Source of the DNA: a candidate division WOR-3 bacterium
Lineage (GTDB): Bacteria > Hydrothermota > UBA3073
Length of the DNA: 64,000 bases
Direction: 5' to 3'
NCBI GenBank assembly: GCA_030606335.1
Contig: JAUWGP010000004.1
Location: 10,091-74,090, forward strand
Of the stretch, positions 27,871-35,415 are shown one piece after another (positions within the stretch are counted from its first letter, which is position 1; each line of letters starts with the position of its first letter). Below the pieces are notes generated by a model that was given only the letters and a program-made list of their open reading frames with translations, was not told where the DNA came from and searched no databases. The position numbers and the translations under genes were made by a program.

Positions 27871-28090
27871 GAGGTTGCCACGCTCATTTCATTCGCTCGC
27901 AATGACAGATTCGGGATAGAGATTGCCACGCTCATTTCATTCGCTCGCAATGACAGATTCGGGATAGAGATTGCCACGCTCATTTCATTCGCTCGCAATG
28001 ACAACTTTTTGGAGTACCCGACTGCCCAGCAAGCAGGTTTAATCTTTTATATTTAATTTTTGATTTTTAATATATTTTTGTGGGGGTTTT
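27871..28090. repeat. 3 x 48-bp tandem family-A array followed by a composite module that ends at the next ATG
   Basis: Unit gagattgccacgctcatttcattcgctcgcaatgacagattcgggata at 27871, 27919 and 27967 (the last is truncated). Then ggagtacccgactgcccagcaagcaggtttaatc plus an AT-rich tail. Confidence 0.9.
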
Positions 28091-28534
28091 ATGTTGAGAA
28101 ATGAAGAGGGAATGTCTATAGTAATGGTTTTCGGGATTATGGTTATACTCGGAATACTTGCATCTGCCCTCATCGTTAGAACCCTTGGTGAAAGACAGAT
28201 TACCACCTATATTAAGAGAAGTGAAACTGCATTTAATGCTGCAGAGGCGTGCCTTGACCTTGCAATATCTAAATTACACACGGAAACAAGCGCCATACCT
28301 GCGCCACCCGATACATGGGCAGCTCTTCCCAATAATGCATTGTACAAGACAGGACTCCCGGATTCTTTACCAGAGGAAATAAGCATCGAGGATATGTATA
28401 CACCACCACTTTGGAGTGCAGAATTGGTAAATATTATTTATGAAGTAAGGACATCAGGAAAGGAAAGAGATATAACACGTTCACTTGAAGCAGGTGTAAG
28501 AATAGGTCCCGTACCATTTATAACTCAACATTAA
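28091..28534 (+). CDS. PilX-like minor pilin
   Basis: EEGMSIVMVFGIMVILGILASALIV is a PilX_N-like N-terminus. Confidence 0.6.
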   Translation: MLRNEEGMSIVMVFGIMVILGILASALIVRTLGERQITTYIKRSETAFNAAEACLDLAISKLHTETSAIPAPPDTWAALPNNALYKTGLPDSLPEEISIEDMYTPPLWSAELVNIIYEVRTSGKERDITRSLEAGVRIGPVPFITQH

Positions 28535-28617
28535 AAATTTTTGGTTGTATATAACCTTTAATAAAATAATTATACAGTTTGAGATGTGAAAAGTGTAGAT
28601 TCGAAAAGGGAGGAGAA

Positions 28618-28989
28618 ATGGACATAAAGAAAGTGAATGCTGCTTTAAAAATCCTTAAGGATAACCTGGAAGATGCTCTCATTGCAACAGATATATATGG
28701 CTCTATGGATGGTCAATCTATAGCAGGTTATAATTCACAACCTAAGGCTGCAGCACTCTTCAATCGGGTTACAGGATTTCTTGTTGGTTTGTTAGAAGAG
28801 GGTGAGTTTCCAGAAATTGGCAGGTATTACATTTTAGACCTTGTTGATGGAAAAATATTGATAGTCATTCCACTTGGTGAATTTCAGTGGATAGTACTGG
28901 CCGACGGAAAGAAGGTTCAACTTGGACTTCTTTTAAATGTCTTTATACCCAAAATTGTTGATGCCTTTGAAGAAGCGATAGCAAGCTAA
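28618..28989 (+). CDS. Roadblock/LC7 (MglB-like) domain protein, paralog of the C-terminus of the 29238-30923 product
   Basis: LEDALIATDIYGSMDGQSIAGYN...IGRYYILDLVDGKILIVIPLGEFQW...QLGLLLNVFIPKIVDAF aligns residue-by-residue with LGDALITAVIYSSADGKSAASYN...IGRYYIVDLVDEKMLIVIPLGEYQW...QLGLLLNVVVPKIVAAF. ATG 28618 follows GGGAGGAG. Confidence 0.65.
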   Translation: MDIKKVNAALKILKDNLEDALIATDIYGSMDGQSIAGYNSQPKAAALFNRVTGFLVGLLEEGEFPEIGRYYILDLVDGKILIVIPLGEFQWIVLADGKKVQLGLLLNVFIPKIVDAFEEAIAS

Positions 28990-28995
28990 AGAGGT

Positions 28996-29199
28996 ATGAT
29001 GGGAGAAAAGTTAAAGGAAATATATAAAGTAACGACAAAAAAGGCGGGTTTTATAGGAAGAATGAAACTTGCAGAAAAAACAGGAATACCTTCGGTTAAG
29101 GCAGCCGAGAGTGAAGATTCAGATGAAGTTATCAAAAAGTTTAAAGAGGCTGCAACCGAGATAATCGGAAAGAATATAGATGAATTTTTAGAAAAGTAG
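28996..29199 (+). CDS. small K/E-rich helical protein (67 aa), hypothetical
   Basis: ATG lies 5 nt after AGAGG, wedged between the Roadblock gene and the REC gene. No family recognised. Confidence 0.45.
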   Translation: MMGEKLKEIYKVTTKKAGFIGRMKLAEKTGIPSVKAAESEDSDEVIKKFKEAATEIIGKNIDEFLEK

Positions 29200-29237
29200 A
29201 ACGGAAAGTATAATCTCAAAAATTTTTAAACGGAGGT

Positions 29238-30923
29238 ATGGTGAGGATTTTAATAGTTGATGATGATGCTGATTTAGCAGAAATCCTTTCTACAGCATTT
29301 ACCACACAGGGATATGATGTAGATATGGCATTTTCCGGAAAAGAAGGACTTGATAAATTGCTTGAAGAGGATTATGATTGTGTTGTTCTGGATGTGGTTA
29401 TGCCTGAAATGGATGGATTAGAGGTAATGAGGAAGATAAGGGCATCCAGACTCGATGTATGGGTTCCAGTAATATTGATTACAGGTAAAAATGTAATTGA
29501 GGATGAGAGGCGTGTTTTTTCCCTTGGAGCAGTTGATTATATTAAAAAACCATTTGAATTTGATGAACTATTAAAGAGAGTCAATTTGAGTGCGGAGAGA
29601 GGAAAGATATTAAGGAGGTTTCAGGGAAAGAAGAAGTTTTCAGGAAAGATCGATTTATTATTAATTCAACATATAATTGGGTTTATTTCAATAGGACAGC
29701 TTTCAGGTATGCTTCAGGTTACAAATGTGGATATGGAGGGAGTACTGTTTTTTATAAATGGTAATCTTGCAAATATTAGGTTAGAAGAACAAGTAGGAAT
29801 GAAAAATTTCGATGAAATTATGGAATGGAAGGATGGAATTTATTCATTTGTGGAATGGGAAACTGGGTTAGAGATGACCATAGAAACATTAAAGGATATG
29901 TTATTTTTTACAGAACTTGAGGAAGGAAGTTATATTTTGAGATGCGAAAGTGGGGGTAAAAAAGGAGAAATTCATATTAAAGGTGGGAATATTGTTTATG
30001 TAGAGGGTAACGGACTTAGAGGAGAAGATGCTTTGAAAGATATTCTAACATGGAGGAAGGGTACTCTTAATATTGAAAAAACAGATAGACTGAAAAAGGG
30101 GGTGAAACTTAAGAAATCTATTAGTGAAATTTTACTTGAGACATCACGATTTAAGATTAAAGAGAGTAAACCAGAAGAATTGAAAAAAGAGGAAGAGGAG
30201 AAAAAGATTGAAGAGAAGGTAAAAGCTGAGAAAAAGGAAGAGAAAAAAAAGGAGGCGAAGGAGAAGGTGGAAGAGGAGGAAGGGAGAAGAGGGAAGAGAG
30301 AAGAGGGAAGAGAGAAGAAGGTGGAAGAGAAAATAAAAGAGGAGAAAAAGATTGAAGGAAAGAAGGAAGATATAAAGGAGAAGGTAAAAATAGAGGTAAG
30401 GGTAAGAAAGGAGGAAGAAGAGATAAAAGAAGAGGTTAAAGGTAAGGAAAAGGAGGGGATTAAAATGGAGGAGAAGAAAAGAATAGAAGAGGAGGAAGAA
30501 AGAAGAGGGAAGAGAGAAGAGGGAAGAGAGAAGAAGGTGGAAGAAAAGATAAAAATAGATGTAGAAAAATTGAATAGTGTTATCGAGGACATGAAAAAAG
30601 ACCTTGGAGATGCCCTCATTACAGCGGTTATATATAGTTCTGCAGATGGGAAATCTGCAGCAAGTTACAATGAAAAGTCTAAGACATCTGCTATTTTCAA
30701 TCAAGCTACCAGGTATCTTTTTAATGCATTAAAGGATAGTGAATTCTCAAGTATTGGAAGGTATTACATTGTGGATCTTGTGGATGAAAAAATGTTAATA
30801 GTCATACCACTTGGTGAGTATCAATGGGGAATGTTAATAGACCGTGAGAAGGCTCAACTTGGACTTCTTTTAAATGTAGTTGTTCCCAAAATAGTCGCTG
30901 CCTTTAAAGATGCAGTAGCATAA
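29238..30923 (+). CDS. response-regulator receiver - 2 x DUF4388-like - ~140-aa E/K/R-rich segment - Roadblock/LC7-like domain
   Basis: REC: ILIVDDD, VVLDVVMPEMDG, ILITGK, AVDYIKKPF. DUF4388-like: LSGMLQV...GVLFFINGNLANI...EIMEWKDGIYSF and GEIHIKGGNIVYVEG...GEDALKDILTWRKGTLNIE. Followed by a KEEEEKK... tract and a C-terminal Roadblock-like domain. Confidence 0.75.
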   Translation: MVRILIVDDDADLAEILSTAFTTQGYDVDMAFSGKEGLDKLLEEDYDCVVLDVVMPEMDGLEVMRKIRASRLDVWVPVILITGKNVIEDERRVFSLGAVDYIKKPFEFDELLKRVNLSAERGKILRRFQGKKKFSGKIDLLLIQHIIGFISIGQLSGMLQVTNVDMEGVLFFINGNLANIRLEEQVGMKNFDEIMEWKDGIYSFVEWETGLEMTIETLKDMLFFTELEEGSYILRCESGGKKGEIHIKGGNIVYVEGNGLRGEDALKDILTWRKGTLNIEKTDRLKKGVKLKKSISEILLETSRFKIKESKPEELKKEEEEKKIEEKVKAEKKEEKKKEAKEKVEEEEGRRGKREEGREKKVEEKIKEEKKIEGKKEDIKEKVKIEVRVRKEEEEIKEEVKGKEKEGIKMEEKKRIEEEEERRGKREEGREKKVEEKIKIDVEKLNSVIEDMKKDLGDALITAVIYSSADGKSAASYNEKSKTSAIFNQATRYLFNALKDSEFSSIGRYYIVDLVDEKMLIVIPLGEYQWGMLIDREKAQLGLLLNVVVPKIVAAFKDAVA

Positions 30924-31084
30924 GATAGTCTTGCGAATACCGACCCGTATACGCTATACAACACACCTTGTCACTTAAATTAAAACAGATTCAGGTAGAA
31001 TTTTCTGATAATTAAAAGAATAAAACTCTTCTACAGATATTGGAGAGGAGTATATAGCATTTAATAATAATTTAGGAGGTTAAA

Positions 31085-31741
31085 ATGAGAATAGTTAAAT
31101 ATATATCCACTGCAATATTTGTCTTTTTACCCATTATTGCTATGTCTGAAGATATAGCAGTACCGAGCGATGTGGGAACTGAGGTTTTAATGGAGACGAC
31201 TTACAAAACCGGTAAAGATATTACAACAAAGGGTAAAATGATACTAATGAAACAGGGTAATAGGGTAAGAATAGAAAAACTTGTTGAGATTGAAGGCAAG
31301 GAAAGACTCACAGGTGTTTCAATATATGATGGTCAAACAACCTGGGAAATATCACCGATGGGAACACACAAAAGCGATGACCCAATGAGTTATCCATGGA
31401 ATTGTCCACAGTGTGCTGAATTAAAATCAAAGACAGGATATCTTGAAGGAAGAGAGGTTAATATTATTGAAACAGTGGGAGCAAAGATATACATAGATGC
31501 TGAGAGGAATGTAATTCTTCTTGAGGAGAGAGAAGGTGAGAATATTTATTATAGAGACTATTTGATTGTAGGGGATTTAGGATATATACCATCAGTTATA
31601 GAGAGGATAAGTAGACAGGGTAAACTTCTGGAAAAAACGGAATTAATAAACGTAGATAAGATGAAGGTGTTACCCAGTTCAACCTTCGACCCGGATGAGG
31701 TAGAAATAGAATTTCCCGAGGAAATAAAAATACTTAACTAA
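31085..31741 (+). CDS. secreted LolA-like / outer-membrane lipoprotein-sorting-like protein (tentative)
   Basis: Signal peptide, TKGKMILMKQGNRVRIE...SIYDGQTTWEISP...KIYIDAERNVILLEE pattern. Family assignment is weak. Confidence 0.4.
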   Translation: MRIVKYISTAIFVFLPIIAMSEDIAVPSDVGTEVLMETTYKTGKDITTKGKMILMKQGNRVRIEKLVEIEGKERLTGVSIYDGQTTWEISPMGTHKSDDPMSYPWNCPQCAELKSKTGYLEGREVNIIETVGAKIYIDAERNVILLEEREGENIYYRDYLIVGDLGYIPSVIERISRQGKLLEKTELINVDKMKVLPSSTFDPDEVEIEFPEEIKILN

Positions 31742-31803
31742 AGGTGTTTTGAGGTTAATATCTGAGCAATCAGCTATTAATGAATATTATACCAGGAGGG
31801 TAT

Positions 31804-34500
31804 ATGAAAAGGTTAATATGTTTTATTATATTACTTATACTGCCTGTTGCAGTACTTACTGATGACGAGGTCTTTTTTATGCTCTGGATGGATCCATGTA
31901 TTATGATTATACTTGACTCGTCAGGCAGTATGACCTGGGATATGGCAGGAAATGCAACCTGTGGGGATGGAAGTATTGTCTATCAGGGAAGGGATACAAA
32001 TTTAGATGGATTTGCTGATGACAGCAGGCTCTATATCGTGAAGAGAGCACTTCGGGATATAACAACTGAAAATACCCAATTCCAATTTGGCCTTATGACT
32101 TATGGTCAGGATTATGAATGGACTAATCTGTATAGTTACGGTGGAGGAAATTATGCGAACTGGTACTGGCCGTATTACTGTAGTGGATGTACCTGGAACT
32201 GGTATCCACCATACAAGTACCAGTACGGTTATTATACGGCATACATGTGGTGGTGGGGTATGACCTGGCCCACAAGTTATCCTGATTATGCACATTATCC
32301 ACTCAGAGTCCCGGTTAGTCCCCATACTCCTGCACACAGAGATTCAATCTTAGCCTGGATAGATAATGATTGTGGTTACCCATCCATTGAGGATGGAGAC
32401 CATGAGATAAGGGCATGCGGAAGTACACCTATTGGTGGTTCTCTTTATTGGGTAAGAGAATATTATAGATTAGAATATATACCTAACGATCCTGCCAGAA
32501 ATTGCCGTAGATATTTTGTTTTGCTTGTCTCAGATGGTGAAGAGCAGGAATGGACACTTAACCCCTATACTTGGGCTTCAAATCTGAGAAGTACTAAAGT
32601 TTTTGAAACAACTCATGATATTCAGACCTTTGCCCTTGGTATAGGAGAGAATATGTCGGGTTCTCCTATGCTTGATTCCCTTGCTAAATTAGGAGGCACT
32701 CAACGTGCTCACTTTGCTACGACTCCCGAAGCCCTTGATACTGCCTTTGCTGCTATCCTGGGAGATGTATACGAGAGGTCTTTCTCATTCAGTGCACCTG
32801 AGGTTCCCGCAGTGCGTGTAAAACAGCAGGATAAACTCTATATGGGCTCTTTTTTGCCATCATATGATATATTTTGGAAGGGTTACCTTAAATGCTACCA
32901 GCTTAACCCAGATGGTTCTCTTCCCGTTGATTCGCAGGGTGTTCCTCTTAATCTACCGCTCTGGGAGGCGGGAAAAAGGCTTCAGTCTACATCAAGTAAC
33001 TCAAGAAATATATATACTGAGGTAAATGGTTCACTTGTTCCCTTTATTCCTGCATTTATAGATAGCACGATGCTTGGAGTGCCAGGTAACGATGTTACTA
33101 ATTTGATAAACTGGGTAAGAGGTGATAATGGTATGAATTGGAAACTTGGCGATATTTTTCACTCCGAACCTCTTGGAATTATGAATCCAAACCCATTTTA
33201 CAACGAGGAGGGTTACAACGAGTTTAAGGTTACATACGAAAACAGAGATAGAATAATACTTGCAGGCGCGAATGACGGTATGCTCCATGCCTTCGATGCT
33301 GGAATATACAGTGCAGGAACTGATTCATTTAGTGATGGCTCCGGCGATGAGTTATGGGCATTCATACCCCATAATTTACTATCCAAATTGAAGAATATGC
33401 GAAACAGTCATCAATATATGGTTGATGGCTCACCAGGCGCTGCAGGTGTGTGGATACCTTCAGGTCCATTAGATATCACAAAGGATGCAGATGAGTGGAA
33501 GACCATTCTTGTATGCGGGGAAAGGTCTGGTGGGAATCACTATTTCTCACTCGACATCACTGATACCCACAGTCCATCATATATGTGGGAATTTACAGAT
33601 ACTGAACTCAGTGAGACCTGGTCAGGACCATTGATAAGAAAGGTAAGAGTACCGAGGGATAAATGGGTTACAGTGTTTGGTGGTGGATTTCACCCAGATA
33701 ACGAAAAGGGTAGGGCATTATATATCTTGGATATTAGCGACGGTAATATAGTCTTTAAATTTGATAGTACTGTCAATGCAAACATACAATACTGTTTCCC
33801 ATCAAGACCGATAGGCATTGACCTGTCACCGATAGACAAGTTTATGGATAGGATTTATATAGGAGATGTTAGTGGGCAGATGTGGAGATTCAATGTATCT
33901 GATACAAGTGTATCATCCTGGTCGAGTCAAGTTATATTTGCAAGTGAACCGATTGCTCCAAGAGTTACACCCATATTCTATCCTCCCTCCCTCTCTTATG
34001 ACGAAGAGGGTAACCTCTGGGTCTTCTTTGGTACGGGAGATAGGGAAGATCCGAGGAATGTAGATAGTTTTGAAAGGTTTTACGGGATAATAGATAGAGG
34101 AGTACTTCTCAGGGAATCAGATCTTGCTGAGATAACACATGGAGGAAATCCACCCTCAGATGATGGTTGGTTTATTAAGTTAGAGAGAGGGGAAAAGGTT
34201 CTTGCAGGTTCTGCAGTTATATCTGGCACGGTTTACTTCACGACATATAAGTGTATAGATACAGATGACCCATGTGAGATTCAGGGTTTAGCAAGATTAT
34301 ATAAAGTAGACTTCCTGGAAGGAACGGTTACATTTGAAACTATAGGAACATCACTACCAACTACTCCCCAAATAACTATATCTCCCGAGGGATATCTTAC
34401 GATAATGATAACGCTTGCTGAAGGAAAGATATTTACTGAGGTTATGGAACTACCTGCTTCATTTAAGGAAACAATATACTGGAAAGAGATAAGACCTTAG
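31804..34500 (+). CDS. pilY1: PilY1-like pilus tip adhesin with N-terminal vWA (MIDAS) domain and C-terminal beta-propeller
   Basis: MIDAS motif IMIILDSSGSMTW, CGSTPIGGSL, LVSDGEE. PilY1 signatures ILAGANDGMLHAFDA...GDELWAFIPHNLL and IYIGDVSGQMWRF. ATG 31804 follows AGGAGGG. Confidence 0.85.
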   Translation: MKRLICFIILLILPVAVLTDDEVFFMLWMDPCIMIILDSSGSMTWDMAGNATCGDGSIVYQGRDTNLDGFADDSRLYIVKRALRDITTENTQFQFGLMTYGQDYEWTNLYSYGGGNYANWYWPYYCSGCTWNWYPPYKYQYGYYTAYMWWWGMTWPTSYPDYAHYPLRVPVSPHTPAHRDSILAWIDNDCGYPSIEDGDHEIRACGSTPIGGSLYWVREYYRLEYIPNDPARNCRRYFVLLVSDGEEQEWTLNPYTWASNLRSTKVFETTHDIQTFALGIGENMSGSPMLDSLAKLGGTQRAHFATTPEALDTAFAAILGDVYERSFSFSAPEVPAVRVKQQDKLYMGSFLPSYDIFWKGYLKCYQLNPDGSLPVDSQGVPLNLPLWEAGKRLQSTSSNSRNIYTEVNGSLVPFIPAFIDSTMLGVPGNDVTNLINWVRGDNGMNWKLGDIFHSEPLGIMNPNPFYNEEGYNEFKVTYENRDRIILAGANDGMLHAFDAGIYSAGTDSFSDGSGDELWAFIPHNLLSKLKNMRNSHQYMVDGSPGAAGVWIPSGPLDITKDADEWKTILVCGERSGGNHYFSLDITDTHSPSYMWEFTDTELSETWSGPLIRKVRVPRDKWVTVFGGGFHPDNEKGRALYILDISDGNIVFKFDSTVNANIQYCFPSRPIGIDLSPIDKFMDRIYIGDVSGQMWRFNVSDTSVSSWSSQVIFASEPIAPRVTPIFYPPSLSYDEEGNLWVFFGTGDREDPRNVDSFERFYGIIDRGVLLRESDLAEITHGGNPPSDDGWFIKLERGEKVLAGSAVISGTVYFTTYKCIDTDDPCEIQGLARLYKVDFLEGTVTFETIGTSLPTTPQITISPEGYLTIMITLAEGKIFTEVMELPASFKETIYWKEIRP

Positions 34501-34680
34501 TAACCAATATACTTGAAAGTAAACACCAAAAGTAGGAAAAGATTATATAGAATTGCACGAGTTATCGCTTCCATAGTGGTATACCTTTCTACAGGAAATT
34601 CGTGCTTGCAATTGCTACAAACAACCCTCGAATAAAACTTTCTGTCTTGCCATTCATGTTTGCTGAAATATCCTCAGTTT

Positions 34681-35372
34681 TTTTGGAGTACCCCGCCAAG
34701 GCGGGGCACTCCTTAGTGTTAAAAATGAGATTGCCGCGCTCCTGTTGTTCGCTCGCAATGACAGATAACGACTAAAGATGGTAGCCTGCGAATAAAAGAA
34801 AACAGGAAATTGTCATTGCGAGTAGTCCGTCGGTTGACGGACGACGAAGCAATCTCATCTCTCAGCATTCTATGGAGTGTATTATGGAGTGCATTAACCG
34901 TGTTAATGCACCACTGTGACCCCATATAGAGTATTCCTCTACAGGGTAAACACGGTCACAGCACTCCAAAAGGGCATTGCTGTTACCCTATAGAGTAATC
35001 CTATACAGGGTAAATACGGTCATTGAAATTTTTGGAGTACATCGACCATGTCGATGTAAGCAATAACAAGGAAATGAATGAGATTGCCGCGCTCCCATTG
35101 GTCGCTCGCAATGACAGGTAACGACTAAAAATGGTAGCCGCAGGCTTTAGCCTGCGAATAACAGAAAACAGGTAATTGTCATTGCGAGGAGTCCGTCGGT
35201 TGACGGACGATGAAGCAATCTCATCTCTCAGCATTCTATGGAGTGACAGTCTTTAGACTGTTAAAAAGGCGTTAAGGATGAGATTGCCGCGCTCCCGTTG
35301 GTCGCTCGCAATGACAGCTAAAGGAATAAGATTGCGACGTCCCGATTATCATCGGGACTCACAATGACAGAC
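34681..35372. repeat. ~700-bp mosaic palindromic repeat cluster (families A-E)
   Basis: ggagtaccccgccaaggcggggcactcc, several gagattgccgcgctc...cgctcgcaatgaca units, gtcattgcgag...gaagcaatctcatctctcagcattctatggagtg, ctgtgaccccat...ggtcacag, gtagccgcaggctttagcctgcg, and gacagtctttagactgt. Confidence 0.9.
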
Positions 35373-35415
35373 AACCATAATTGTCATTTTTTAATTTTAT
35401 CCCGGGGGTGATACT

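Noticed and set aside
27871-28003. CRISPR-like regular arrays (3 x 48 bp here; 4 units of 45-47 bp at 61616-61792)
   Set aside because: The would-be spacers are identical or alternate between two variants (ABBA pattern). The units are the same family-A palindromic module found dispersed singly elsewhere. No cas genes or leader are present. These are tandem MITE/REP-type arrays, not CRISPR.
29996-30704. Two long minus-strand ORFs (207 and 186 aa) rich in S/F/L
   Set aside because: They lie antisense to the purine-only E/K/R tract of the REC-Roadblock gene. They are pure low-complexity translation artefacts, whereas the sense strand has clear domain homology on both sides.
34719-35234. ORFs encoded inside repeat clusters (also 37261-37485, 44759-44980, 50496-50744, 54185-54434, 59968-60249, 61525-61846, 62534-62965)
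   Set aside because: Their peptides (…VIARSEATKQSH…, …LPRSLRSLAMT…, …MECCDRVYPVEEYS…) are simply translations of the palindromic modules. They occur on both strands, lack RBSs and change frame between copies.
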